From Vampirovibrionaceae bacterium NZW_1234 (lineage in GTDB: Bacteria; Cyanobacteriota; Vampirovibrionia; Vampirovibrionales; JAGQHJ01), in assembly GCA_041697335.1 (NCBI GenBank), contig JBGUGD010000035.1, forward strand, positions 128,001 through 192,000: a DNA stretch of 64,000 nucleotides. Reading direction: 5' to 3'. The translations under genes and the position numbers were made by a program. The notes below the pieces were generated by a model. That model saw nothing but the letters and a program-made list of their open reading frames with translations. It was not told where the DNA came from and did not search any database. This document shows, piece by piece, positions 1 to 10,274 of the stretch. Position 1 is the first letter of the stretch, and the number at the start of each line of letters is the position of its first letter.

Positions 1-27
1 AGATGCTCATGCCGAATTCCGATTAGG

Positions 28-996
28 CTATAGCGCCGATGAGGTGGCTTGCTTGCCTTCCTTCAGAAGGGATTCAAAATAGGCAATGGTGGGTTTTAAA
101 CCTTCGTCCAATGACACCTTGGGCTCCCAATCCAGCAACGTTTTAGCAAACGTAATATCCGGCTTGCGTTGTCGGGGATCGTCCTGGGGTAAAGGACAGT
201 GCAGAATTTTAGAGGAAGAGCCGGTTAGTTGAATAACCTTTTCAGCCAACTCCAAAATGGTAAACTCCCCAGGGTTACCTATATTAACAGGCCCAGGCTG
301 CTCAAACTCGGTTCGATCCATCATCCGACACATGCCTTCGAGTAAATCGGAGACATAACAAAACGAACGTGTCTGTTGGCCTTCACCATAGACTGTAATG
401 GGCTCATCTTTGAGGGCCTGCACAATAAAATTGCTCACCACACGGCCATCGTTCATATCCATATTGGGACCATAGGTGTTAAAGATCCGGATAACTTTTA
501 CTGCAACACTATTTTGACGATGATAATCCATGCATAATGTTTCAGCCAGGCGCTTTCCTTCATCATAACAACTCCTAAGCCCAATGGGATTCACCCGACC
601 CCAGTATTGCTCAGTTTGGGGGTGTTCTTCCGGATCGCCGTACACTTCAGATGTGGAAGCTTGGAGTATCTTTGCCCGTATCCGTTTGGCCAACCCCAAC
701 ATGTTAATCGTCCCCATGACATTGGTTTTAACGGTTTTCACCGGGTTGAACTGATAATGGACGGGCGAAGCTGGGCAGGCCAGGTTGTAAATTTCATCCA
801 CTTCAACGAACAACGGGGCAATGATGTCATGACGGATGAGCTCAAAATAAGGGTGATTCAGGAAGGGCAAAATATTGCGCTTGGAGCCAGTAAAAAAATT
901 ATCAACACACAGGACTTCGTGGCCCTGCTCTAGTAGCCGCGCCACTAAGTGAGAGCCGATAAAGCCGGCTCCACCGGTGACAAGGATTCGTTTCAT
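28..996 (-). CDS. uxs: UDP-glucuronate decarboxylase (UDP-xylose synthase), extended SDR
   Basis: GGAGFIG Rossmann motif, [28 protein letters not shown]; overlaps the ugd stop. Confidence 0.92.
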   Translation of the reverse strand: MKRILVTGGAGFIGSHLVARLLEQGHEVLCVDNFFTGSKRNILPFLNHPYFELIRHDIIAPLFVEVDEIYNLACPASPVHYQFNPVKTVKTNVMGTINMLGLAKRIRAKILQASTSEVYGDPEEHPQTEQYWGRVNPIGLRSCYDEGKRLAETLCMDYHRQNSVAVKVIRIFNTYGPNMDMNDGRVVSNFIVQALKDEPITVYGEGQQTRSFCYVSDLLEGMCRMMDRTEFEQPGPVNIGNPGEFTILELAEKVIQLTGSSSKILHCPLPQDDPRQRKPDITFAKTLLDWEPKVSLDEGLKPTIAYFESLLKEGKQATSSAL

Positions 997-2360
997 ACAG
1001 GCTCTCCTTCCAAAGAGGAAGGATTTTTCGCCAACGGATCCATAACAGGCTCAACAGGGGTTTTCCCCATAGGGACATAATAAAAGCCGCGCTGGGCCAT
1101 ACGAGCCGCATCGTACTGATTTCGACCGTCAAAGATAACCGGATTCTTCAAAAGGCCTTTCAAACGGTCAAAATCGGGTCGGCGAAACTCGTTCCACTCT
1201 GTCACTAACAAAACAGCATCTGCACCATCCGCCGCATCATAAGCCGTTTGAGCATAATACACCCGATCACCAAAAAGTCTTCGAGCGGTCTGCTGTGCTT
1301 TGGGGTCAAAGGCCCGGATTAAGGCGCCCTGTTCCAACAATGCCTCGATAACGGCCTTTGAGGGTGCTTCTCGCATATCATCGGTTCTCGGCTTAAAGGA
1401 CAAGCCCCAAACGGCAAAGGTTTTTCCAGACAAATCGCCATTAAAGTAAGTATTCAGTTTCTCAAGATAAATATCCCGCTGGCGCAAGTTAATGTGATCC
1501 ACCTGTTCCAACAACGTGGCAGGACAGTCGTGATCTTTGGCTGTCTGAATCAAGGCCCGTACATCTTTTGGGAAGCAGGAGCCTCCATAACCGATACCTG
1601 GGAACAGAAACTGAGGGCCAATTCGGCCATCGCTGGCAATACCGACACGCACCTGATTAATGTCTGCGCCCACATGTTCACAGAGATTGGCCATCTCATT
1701 GATAAAGGAAATTTTTGTGGCCAAGAACGCATTTGCAACGTACTTGGTCATTTCAGCAGAGCGAATATCCATAAAAATAACAGGATTTCCGGTCCTTAGA
1801 AACGGAGAATACAGTTCCCGCATCATCTCAGAGGCCCGCTCATCATCGGTACCAATCACTACCCGATCCGGCTTCAGGAAATCTTCGACAGCCGCCCCTT
1901 GCTTTAAGAATTCGGGATTGGACACAACAGCAAAAGGTACGTCTGTTAAATCCGAGATAATCGCCTTGATTTGATCCGCCGTTCCGACTGGAACCGTGCT
2001 TTTAGTGGCAATCACCTTGTATTCGGTCATTGCCTGGGCAATTTCCCGGGCCACCTCATACACATATGTCAAATCAGCTGAGCCATCACCTTCCTGTTGC
2101 GGCGTGCCAACAGCAATCATACAGATATCCGAAGCTTCTACTGCCCTCTTCAATTCCGTCGTAAACTGAATCCGCCCTTCTCGAACATTGGATTCCAGTA
2201 AATCCTCAAGGCCTGGCTCATAGATGGGAACCTGTCCAGCCTCTAGCATCTCAATTTTGGAGGTATCTTTGTCCACACAGATGATGTCATTGCCCATTTC
2301 GGCCAAACCGGCTCCGGTCACCAAACCGACATATCCTGTTCCGATAATGCATACCTTCAT
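993..2360 (-). CDS. ugd: UDP-glucose 6-dehydrogenase (catalytically intact copy)
   Basis: [26 protein letters not shown] with catalytic Cys, [10 protein letters not shown]. Confidence 0.93.
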   Translation of the reverse strand: MKVCIIGTGYVGLVTGAGLAEMGNDIICVDKDTSKIEMLEAGQVPIYEPGLEDLLESNVREGRIQFTTELKRAVEASDICMIAVGTPQQEGDGSADLTYVYEVAREIAQAMTEYKVIATKSTVPVGTADQIKAIISDLTDVPFAVVSNPEFLKQGAAVEDFLKPDRVVIGTDDERASEMMRELYSPFLRTGNPVIFMDIRSAEMTKYVANAFLATKISFINEMANLCEHVGADINQVRVGIASDGRIGPQFLFPGIGYGGSCFPKDVRALIQTAKDHDCPATLLEQVDHINLRQRDIYLEKLNTYFNGDLSGKTFAVWGLSFKPRTDDMREAPSKAVIEALLEQGALIRAFDPKAQQTARRLFGDRVYYAQTAYDAADGADAVLLVTEWNEFRRPDFDRLKGLLKNPVIFDGRNQYDAARMAQRGFYYVPMGKTPVEPVMDPLAKNPSSLEGEPV

Positions 2361-2442
2361 CTTACGAGTCCTCCAGGCTTCGCCCTTAAATTGTGTAGGT
2401 TCTCAGGTAATAATGTCTCATCCATTCTAATGGTAACCCAGC

Positions 2443-3447
2443 TTATGTCAACAACGCTGCTTGGGCAGCATGATGACGGTACCACTGGACAAATTTTTGG
2501 ATCCCCTCGGCAATAGGTGTAGTCGGGTGATACCCAAGCAATTCCTGAGCTTTCGAGATATCCGCACAGGTCATCACAACATCCCCCGGCTGGGTGGGCT
2601 GGTGATCCAAAATCGCTTTCTTGCCTAAGGCTTCTTCCAACAATTGAATCAAGTGACTTAGCTCAATGGACTGCGACTCACCCAGGTTTATGATTTCAAA
2701 AGGACTGTGGTTATAGGCCATTGCCCCCTGAATCCCTTGGAGAATATCATCAATATAGGTATAATCACGCCGAGTACTTCCATCGCCAAATACCGGAATC
2801 GGCAAACCTTGATCAATACGCCGGGTAAATTTGTGAATTGCTAAGTCTGGCCGTTGAGCGGCACCATACACTGTAAAAAACCGTAAAGCCACCACTTGAA
2901 GGCCATAGAGATGGCTATAACTATGTAAGAGATTCTCCCCCATTACTTTTGTTGCCGCATATGGGGAAATCGGCTTAGAGACATCATCGGTTTCTCGGAA
3001 AGGGGCATCGGTGCGATTACCGTAAACCGAGCTGGAAGAGGCAAAGACCATTTTCGGAATGTCCCAGTGACGCATTAGCTCAAGAACATTGAGTGTGCCG
3101 GTCACGTTGGTATCCAAATAGAGTCTCGGTTCAAGCAATGAAGGACGCACCCCTGCTCGTGCTGCCAAGTGAACCACTTGATCCACCGGCCCCACGGTCG
3201 CCAAAACAGGCTCAAGTCCCTGATTCAAGGAGCTTGCCTCTCGAATATCCAGCCGACAATCATAAAACCGATCGCCATAAGCTTTCAAAGGGGCAACATT
3301 GGCTTCCTTAATTGCTGGATCATAAAAATCATTGTACTCATCAACACTAATGACGACGGCTCCCTGCTCCAGAAGAACCCGACATAAGTGAGAGCCAATA
3401 AATCCGGCTCCACCCGTCACCAAAACCGTTTTTGAAGGATGTGCCAT
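2443..3447 (-). CDS. NAD-dependent nucleotide-sugar epimerase (UDP-glucuronate 4-epimerase-like)
   Basis: GGAGFIG, HLAARAGVR, ASSSSVYG, YAATK, RFFTVYG, QPGDV. Confidence 0.88.
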   Translation of the reverse strand: MAHPSKTVLVTGGAGFIGSHLCRVLLEQGAVVISVDEYNDFYDPAIKEANVAPLKAYGDRFYDCRLDIREASSLNQGLEPVLATVGPVDQVVHLAARAGVRPSLLEPRLYLDTNVTGTLNVLELMRHWDIPKMVFASSSSVYGNRTDAPFRETDDVSKPISPYAATKVMGENLLHSYSHLYGLQVVALRFFTVYGAAQRPDLAIHKFTRRIDQGLPIPVFGDGSTRRDYTYIDDILQGIQGAMAYNHSPFEIINLGESQSIELSHLIQLLEEALGKKAILDHQPTQPGDVVMTCADISKAQELLGYHPTTPIAEGIQKFVQWYRHHAAQAALLT

Positions 3448-3459
3448 CAGCAGCGGTCC

Positions 3460-4659
3460 TTATGAAAAGCGAATGTTGGCAGCGTGTAATCGGTCTAAGC
3501 CTTGCTTCAAAATTTCCAGTGAGGATACGAGTGAGACTCGGAAGAACCCTTCGCCACCTTTGCCAAAGGCATTCCCCGGTGTAACAACCACATCGGCCTT
3601 ATCAATGAGATGTTCAGTCCATTGTTGGGACGTAAAGCCACTGGGGACTTTCAACCATGCATACAGCGTCCCTTTCGTCGGAGCAATGTCCCACCCCAGA
3701 GATCGAAACCCTTCAATCACCAGATCCCGACGGGCTTTATAGGTTTCTACAATTTCGGGCAGGAATTGCTCTGCCTGATTTAACGCAACCACAGCCCCGT
3801 CTTGGATTGCCGAGGGGGTCCCGTAACCGACGTTGGTTCTGAGCGCATAAAGATTTTGGATAATATCTTTATTGCCAACGGCAAAGCCAATCCGGGCCCC
3901 AGCCATGTTGAAGCTCTTGGAGAACGAATGGAACTCGACTGAAATATCTTTCGCCCCTGGAACTTCAAAAATACTGGGGGCCACATACCCATCATACGTT
4001 ATCTCGCCGTAAGCCAAATCGCTGACCAGAACTAAATTATGCTTCTTACAGAAAGCCACCGCCTTTTCATAGAATGCCAAGTCCGCCACAGCACCAGTGG
4101 GATTATTGGGGTAGTTCAGAAACAGCACCCGCGACTTCTGCAAGATGTCCTGGGGGATATTATCAAAAGTTGGCAAAAACCCTTTTTCTGCCGGCATGGG
4201 CAGGTGGTAAACATCTCCCCCAACCAGCCAAGTGGCCCGACTGTGAACGGGGTAGTAAATTTCGGGAACCAGACTGATCTCCTGTTCGCCCACATAAGCC
4301 ATGGTCAGGTGGGCCAAACCCTCCTTCGAACCACTGAGGCACAACACCTCACTGGTGGGATCAATCGCCGTATTATACCGACGTTGCATCCAGTCCGAAA
4401 CTGCGTGACGGAAGTTATCTTTTCCCTTGAAGGTCGGATAGCCATGATTTGCAGGATTATGGAACCCTGCCTGGATAGCTTCCACAATGGCATCAGGAAT
4501 AGGGCGATCCGGGTTACCCATACCCAAGTCAATGAGGTTCGCTCCCCGAGCGCGGGCAGCTTCCTTCAACTGATCCAACCAAGCGAAGACATAGGTTGGC
4601 AAATTCTTTAAACGACTGTTAGCTTCCACGGCATTACGCACCTGAGTTGTCTGTACCAC
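3460..4659 (-). CDS. dapL: PLP-dependent class I/II aminotransferase, LL-diaminopimelate aminotransferase-like
   Basis: LGMGNPD, GSKEG, NYPNNPTG, DLAY, SFSKSFNMAGARIG PLP-lysine motif; substrate inferred. Confidence 0.7.
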   Translation of the reverse strand: MVQTTQVRNAVEANSRLKNLPTYVFAWLDQLKEAARARGANLIDLGMGNPDRPIPDAIVEAIQAGFHNPANHGYPTFKGKDNFRHAVSDWMQRRYNTAIDPTSEVLCLSGSKEGLAHLTMAYVGEQEISLVPEIYYPVHSRATWLVGGDVYHLPMPAEKGFLPTFDNIPQDILQKSRVLFLNYPNNPTGAVADLAFYEKAVAFCKKHNLVLVSDLAYGEITYDGYVAPSIFEVPGAKDISVEFHSFSKSFNMAGARIGFAVGNKDIIQNLYALRTNVGYGTPSAIQDGAVVALNQAEQFLPEIVETYKARRDLVIEGFRSLGWDIAPTKGTLYAWLKVPSGFTSQQWTEHLIDKADVVVTPGNAFGKGGEGFFRVSLVSSLEILKQGLDRLHAANIRFS

Positions 4660-4829
4660 GGTTCTGGGTCCCCATAATCAAAGATAAACAGAGTCCGGCA
4701 AGCCGGTGTCTACATTATAGGGTGAAGACAGACAGCCGTCAAAAGCTGGTCATAAGGCATATACGCCTTAATCGTGACTTCGGAAAGCTGCCAAACCAAC
4801 TCTGAGTTTCACGTTAAAACCGATATTTG

Positions 4830-5426
4830 TTAGCTGCGCTGAGGTTCGATGACCATGCGATCGGCTTGGGGGTCAATGGTAATGCGATGGCGTTTAATAA
4901 AATTCAGACCGAGCAAACCGGAAAAAGGGACATTTCTAGGCAAGGGCATAACGGTTGCTTCGACATTATGGGCCGTATAGCCATTCAATGTTACTGTTTT
5001 CAGAACAACCTTGGGAATTCGAATCTGCCCATTGGCTGTCGTAATGGTGACATAAGAACAATGCTGTAGATCGTAACCCAGGTTTTGCGCCATTTCCTGA
5101 GAAATCGCCGTATAGGTAGCCCCTGTATCAAGAATGAACGTCGTTGTTTGCTGATGATTTAAGGTAGCGTCCAGTAATAATGCCCGATCATCTTGACGCA
5201 ACGGAACGTGGACAAATCGCTGAGAAGGGGTCAAGGTCGTAGGGACTTGACCCAGAGCCAGCTTAACCGGCTCTTGTCGGGTATCCATAGCGGCCATCAC
5301 GACCTGGGCTGAGGGGCTTAACAGCTTTTCTGCCTGGGGTGCGGACTCGGGTATTAACATTGCCAAGGCCAACGTTCCCAGACAGGCCAAACTAATGCAT
5401 AAATCGAGGTGTGGACGCTTCGACAT
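4830..5426 (-). CDS. Exported/membrane-anchored retropepsin-like aspartic protease
   Basis: N-terminal hydrophobic segment, FILDTGAT, TANG flap, GLLGLNF. Confidence 0.85.
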   Translation of the reverse strand: MSKRPHLDLCISLACLGTLALAMLIPESAPQAEKLLSPSAQVVMAAMDTRQEPVKLALGQVPTTLTPSQRFVHVPLRQDDRALLLDATLNHQQTTTFILDTGATYTAISQEMAQNLGYDLQHCSYVTITTANGQIRIPKVVLKTVTLNGYTAHNVEATVMPLPRNVPFSGLLGLNFIKRHRITIDPQADRMVIEPQRS

Positions 5427-5565
5427 GGAGGGGGTATCTCTACATTAAGTGACGTAGAGGTGATATCGTCACCCTCCCTTACATGATTGAGTTTTTTGTT
5501 ACACATCGTTACCTCCCCTAGCGAAAGAGCAACGCCTCAAATCATCGTTTTGAAGACCTTTACGC

Positions 5566-7263
5566 CTAGCGTAGTAATTGCTCAATAAACTCTGAGGTCA
5601 CTTTGTCCTGGGTCGTATAGCCTGATGCTATCTGACTTAACACCGATGTTCTGGCCTCAGTGTCACTCAAAATCGTGGCCACAACCTCAACACGATCCTC
5701 ATGAAGCTGTTTTTTCAAATGGATATGATGGGGCGCTTTGGCAGCCACAATGGGTTGGTGGGTAACAACAATGATTTGACACCTGGATTGAAGCGCCTGC
5801 AATTTATCTGCAACCGCACGCAGCGTCACGCCACTCATCCCAGTATCAATTTCATCCAAAATCAAGCTGGTCAGGCCATCGGAGTGAGCTGTATGAATCT
5901 TCAGTGCCAGCATTAAGCGAGCCAACTCACCGCCACTGGCCACTTGCGACAACGGTCTCAACGGAGAACCCGGATTGGCAGAAAACATAAATGTCACCTG
6001 ATCCTGACCGGATTCACTTGGCGGACCAGCAGCCAAGTCTATCTGAAACTGTGCTGCCGGAAGCATTAATGAAGCCAATTCTTCCTGAATGGCCCCTTCC
6101 AAGGCCCTGGCAATGCGCTGGCGCATCTCGGTTAAGGCCGTACTCAATTCATAATAGCGATATTCCAACTGGACACGCTCTTCTTCCAGGTGCGTCATGC
6201 GTTGTTCCACAGCCTGCAAGGTATCTAATTGCACTTCCAATTCCGCTGCCGTTTTCAATATACCTTCTAACGTTCCCCCATATTTTCGCTTGAGCTTCTC
6301 CAGCAGATCCAAGCGATCCACAATCTCCTGAAGGCGCTCTGGCCGCATTTCTAGACTCTCAGCATAGCGAGACATCTCGTCAACCAAATCCCGAAGAGTC
6401 TCTTGAACCCCTTGCAAACGTTCATACCAGTCTGAAAGGGCGGTATCAATGGAAATACCAGAATTGAGTGCACGTTTGGCCTGATTCAGACCATCCAAAA
6501 CCGAGGTTGTCCCCTCTTGACCAATGTCATCGGATAAAGCGTATCGGGTCTGCAAGACAAGTCGGCACAGTTGCTCACTATTGGCCAAACGTTGGCGTTC
6601 AAGCTGTAACTGAGCATCCTCGTCAACCGAGGTAATCTCCGCCTGAGTAATCTCACTAATTTGGTAGTTCAAAAAATCGAGCTGACGCTCCCGCTCTTCC
6701 TGAAGCACTTTCGCTTCTTCCAATTCCTGGCAACGCTTTTGCCACAGTCGATAAGTCTGGCGCACCTCTTGCCGAAGGCTTTCCAATGGAGCGCCTCCCA
6801 AATTGTCCAGCAAGTCTCGCTGACGGGACGAGGAAAACAGATGATGCAGGTCATGTTGGCCATAAATTTCCAACAATAACGCCCCAAGTCGATCCATGAC
6901 TTCGTAAGGCACCGGATATCCGTTAATACGGCATCGACTGCTTGAAGAGGTAAACTCTCGCCCCAAAATCAACTCATGCTCATCCTCAAGAAGTTCTATC
7001 CCAGCATCATCCAAAATACGCATCAACCCGTCACGCTGATGGACATGGCGCAAATCAAAAGTCACTTCCACACGCCCTCGGGAAGCCCCATGGCGCAGTA
7101 GTTCTTTTGAACTGCTTTTCTTTTGAAAAATTCGCTGGATGGCATCAAGCATGACGCTCTTACCCGACCCGGTTTCGCCAGTAATGGCATTCAAACCCGG
7201 ACGGAAGACCAACTCCATGTCTTCAATAATGGCAATATTGTGTAAGACCAACCGGTATATCAT
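5566..7263 (-). CDS. recN: DNA repair protein RecN
   Basis: TGETGSGKS, IYGQHD, coiled coil, ASGGELAR, LDEIDTG, VTHQP. Confidence 0.95.
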   Translation of the reverse strand: MIYRLVLHNIAIIEDMELVFRPGLNAITGETGSGKSVMLDAIQRIFQKKSSSKELLRHGASRGRVEVTFDLRHVHQRDGLMRILDDAGIELLEDEHELILGREFTSSSSRCRINGYPVPYEVMDRLGALLLEIYGQHDLHHLFSSSRQRDLLDNLGGAPLESLRQEVRQTYRLWQKRCQELEEAKVLQEERERQLDFLNYQISEITQAEITSVDEDAQLQLERQRLANSEQLCRLVLQTRYALSDDIGQEGTTSVLDGLNQAKRALNSGISIDTALSDWYERLQGVQETLRDLVDEMSRYAESLEMRPERLQEIVDRLDLLEKLKRKYGGTLEGILKTAAELEVQLDTLQAVEQRMTHLEEERVQLEYRYYELSTALTEMRQRIARALEGAIQEELASLMLPAAQFQIDLAAGPPSESGQDQVTFMFSANPGSPLRPLSQVASGGELARLMLALKIHTAHSDGLTSLILDEIDTGMSGVTLRAVADKLQALQSRCQIIVVTHQPIVAAKAPHHIHLKKQLHEDRVEVVATILSDTEARTSVLSQIASGYTTQDKVTSEFIEQLLR

Positions 7264-7447
7264 ACGCTTATTCTAGTACAGACTTGCCTGCTACGTCCCC
7301 TAGTATTTCAATTCGTGATATCGCTCACAATGACACACAGGGCCAAAGCCGCCAAAATGCTCTGTCTGACCGAATGGCATCGGTCCATAACCTGTGTTAC
7401 GATGTTGACGTTTACCATTGTTCAAGGCAACCAGGAGTTTTAGCAAG

Positions 7448-8353
7448 ATGAGTGATACAGCAGCACCTAGCCAACCCTCCCATGCCGTCGCCGAGATTCC
7501 CTTCAATCTCTATAAGCAAGCGGCACCCCTTACTGCTAAAGTTTTAGAAAACGTTCGACTGACCAAACCTGATTCACCCAATGAAGTGTGCCATCTTGTT
7601 TTTGATATCTCCGGCTCAGCATATCGTTATCTTGATGGTCAAAGTGCAGGGATCCTTCCTCCAGGAACCGATGCAACGGGTAAAGCACATAAATTACGGC
7701 TTTACTCCATTGCGTCTCCTTCTCGAGGAGACGATGGTGAAGGCAAAACCTTCAGTCTATGTGTCAAGCGCTTGGTTTACACCGATCCGGAAACAGGTGA
7801 AGAGCGTCGAGGCGTCTGCTCAAACTACATCTGCGATTTAAAACCGGGTGATGAAGTGCAGGTAACAGGCCCCACCGGAAAATCCTTTCTCCTGCCTACA
7901 ACACCCAACTGTAATCTCATTATGATTGCTACGGGCACAGGAATTGCACCCTTTCGGGCCTTCTTAAAAACCCGATATGAAGATCGAGCCCATGAAACGG
8001 GTCAATCCTGGCTTTTCTTTGGCGCTCAATACCGCTCTGACTACCTGTACGAAGAGGAATTACAGGAGTTTACCCAACATGATTCCTTCCATTTGGTGAC
8101 CGCATTCAGCCGGGAAGAAAAAAATGCGGAAGGCCAACGCATGTACGTCCAACACCGCCTCTATGAACACAGAGAAACCTTGCTAGAATTGCTTCAACAG
8201 CCCAATACCTATCTCTATATCTGCGGCCTTCGTGGCATGGAACCCGGCATTCTAGAAGCGCTCCAGCAAGCGGCTGCCGATAAGGGTATTAGTTGGGATG
8301 ACCTTTTAGCTCGACTCAACGCTGAAAAACGCTGGCACGTCGAAGTCTACTAA
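7448..8353 (+). CDS. petH: Ferredoxin-NADP+ reductase, plant/cyanobacterial type, short form
   Basis: HKLRLYSIAS, GVCSNY, MIATGTGIAPFR, YICGLRGM, C-terminal WHVEVY; ATG 7448 preferred over TTG 7418. Confidence 0.9.
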   Translation: MSDTAAPSQPSHAVAEIPFNLYKQAAPLTAKVLENVRLTKPDSPNEVCHLVFDISGSAYRYLDGQSAGILPPGTDATGKAHKLRLYSIASPSRGDDGEGKTFSLCVKRLVYTDPETGEERRGVCSNYICDLKPGDEVQVTGPTGKSFLLPTTPNCNLIMIATGTGIAPFRAFLKTRYEDRAHETGQSWLFFGAQYRSDYLYEEELQEFTQHDSFHLVTAFSREEKNAEGQRMYVQHRLYEHRETLLELLQQPNTYLYICGLRGMEPGILEALQQAAADKGISWDDLLARLNAEKRWHVEVY

Positions 8354-8396
8354 CGTCTTTTCTGGTTTCAGCTAACCTATATTTGACGTTTTCAAG

Positions 8397-8431
8397 ACAA
8401 GCGGAATGCACAAATTGCGCATTCCGCTTGT
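8397..8431. terminator. Hairpin between convergent petH and DUF151 genes
   Basis: ACAAGCGGAATGC...GCATTCCGCTTGT 13-bp inverted repeat. Confidence 0.65.
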
Positions 8432-8518
8432 TCTAAATGGAAGAAGCGAATGGCGTAATCGGCTCGTGAGGGTACTGATGCCGGTTGCTCACCAACAGAC
8501 AAATATACCCAAGAAAAC

Positions 8519-9037
8519 TTACTGATTGGACTCCATGTCGCCGCCAAAGCGTTTTTTAAAGTCTGAGGGTTTCAAATCTTGAATAAACTCACGGAAAGCT
8601 TCTGCTTCTGCTTCATCTCTCGCTTGGTCTGTCGAGATCGTACCATCAGCAACGACATTGGCTGTGGCAAAAATCGTCGCGTTGGCTCGCAAGGCGATTG
8701 CAATAGCATCAGAAGGCCGTGAATCAACGGTATGCTTATTTCCAGCAGAATCTTCCAACAAAATACTGGCGTAGTAGGTATCGGAATTCAGATCGTTAAT
8801 TTCAATGCGGTCCACTTTATAACCCAGTTGCGTCAGCATGTTAAACATCAGATCATGCGTCATCGGGCGCGCAGACTTAATGTTTTCCAACTGGCGAATG
8901 ATTGCGCTGGCTTCGGCAGTGCCAATCCAAATGGGCAGGGCACGCCGGTTTTCAGCATCATTTAAAACCACAATGGGTGTCCCCGTGCGCGTGTCGAGCG
9001 CAATCCCCATTACAAACAATTCAATCATCATGGACAT
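8519..9037 (-). CDS. Bifunctional nuclease family protein (DUF151)
   Basis: LPIWIG..EA, RPMTHDL, DSRPSDAIAIALR. Confidence 0.9.
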   Translation of the reverse strand: MSMMIELFVMGIALDTRTGTPIVVLNDAENRRALPIWIGTAEASAIIRQLENIKSARPMTHDLMFNMLTQLGYKVDRIEINDLNSDTYYASILLEDSAGNKHTVDSRPSDAIAIALRANATIFATANVVADGTISTDQARDEAEAEAFREFIQDLKPSDFKKRFGGDMESNQ

Positions 9038-9143
9038 TGGTGGACCTTACCCGAATAAACCAACACAATAAGAATAAAGTTTATTATAGCTTATACGTTA
9101 CCGGATCTGAAGGGCTTTTCATTCACCAGGAGGAGTAAGTTCC

Positions 9144-10256
9144 CTAGTGAGCAGGGGAAGGCTTGTCTAACGGACCCAAACGGCTGTCCAGGGGAAAGAA
9201 GCGAAAAACCGCACGGCCGATAACTCTTTCTGCCGGTAAAAATTGCCAATAGCGACTATCCGCACTGTGATTTCGATTATCCCCCATCATGTAGTACATA
9301 TTCTCAGGAACGCGAACAGGACCACAGTAACTGACAAAGGTACACGTATTTGCCACTTCGGCAATATAAGGCTCCGTGAGTTTTTTACCGTTAATATAGA
9401 CCCCATCCGCTGGACGCACTTCAACAATATCCCCAGGCAGTGCAATTAGACGTTTGATATACGCTGTATCAATATTGCTTTCCTTGTCGTACAGTATGCC
9501 TGAAAAGCCCGTTAAACGCAGAAACACACTCCAGGGGTCATGACGCAAGATAGCCTGCGGTGGGTAGAAAACCAAAATATCGCCCCGCTTCGGACTGCGA
9601 GACCAGTGGCTCAGCTTTTCAACGACAATGCGATCCCCGACCTGCAAGGTAGGTACCATGGATTCAGAGGGGATCAACCGTAATTCGCCAAGCCCTTGCT
9701 TAATGACAATAAGTAAAACAATAACGACAACAACCACTTCAACGATTTCACGCAAACAATAAAGTACAATGCGCAAGACGCTGCCCGCTTCTACAGTGGA
9801 ACGGGCATCCATAATCCGAGTCTCGGTTAAAGCAGACTTTTTCATGACGGCTGATACTAAGGGGTCCTGGGAGTTCAGCAAGGCCAAAAGCAGATGTTCA
9901 ACGCCCACAGTAACTTTCCTATCTGACTGACTATGGGTATCACTTTTGGCTAAATTTTCAGCCATTTTTACCGCCTGCCCCTCATCTGCTGGTGCAGGAA
10001 AGCGCTTCAATTCTTCCTGAAAAACCTTTTTGAGAGATGATGGCGGAGCGCCCGCCTGACGTAACAAAGCATCCGCAGGAGTAAACAAGCGGGTCATCTG
10101 AAGCAAACCCAGTAAATAATGCCGATCCTGCACAATACCGGAAGGCGACTTACGCGCAAGCTTTCGAGCCAGGTGGGTAATGTCGCGAACCTCTTCGCTA
10201 TGCTGGACTTGAACGTCCTGGGGAACGGAATCAGACATGGATAGGGTAGTCGTCAT
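9144..10256 (-). CDS. lepB: Signal peptidase I with an N-terminal Clp N-domain-like extension
   Basis: IPSESMVPTL (Ser), YIKRLI (Lys), GDNRNHSADSR, TM helix; N-terminal RHYLLGLL and EHLLLALL repeats. Confidence 0.85.
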   Translation of the reverse strand: MTTTLSMSDSVPQDVQVQHSEEVRDITHLARKLARKSPSGIVQDRHYLLGLLQMTRLFTPADALLRQAGAPPSSLKKVFQEELKRFPAPADEGQAVKMAENLAKSDTHSQSDRKVTVGVEHLLLALLNSQDPLVSAVMKKSALTETRIMDARSTVEAGSVLRIVLYCLREIVEVVVVVIVLLIVIKQGLGELRLIPSESMVPTLQVGDRIVVEKLSHWSRSPKRGDILVFYPPQAILRHDPWSVFLRLTGFSGILYDKESNIDTAYIKRLIALPGDIVEVRPADGVYINGKKLTEPYIAEVANTCTFVSYCGPVRVPENMYYMMGDNRNHSADSRYWQFLPAERVIGRAVFRFFPLDSRLGPLDKPSPAH

Positions 10257-10274
10257 GCACTCAAACGGGTTTGT

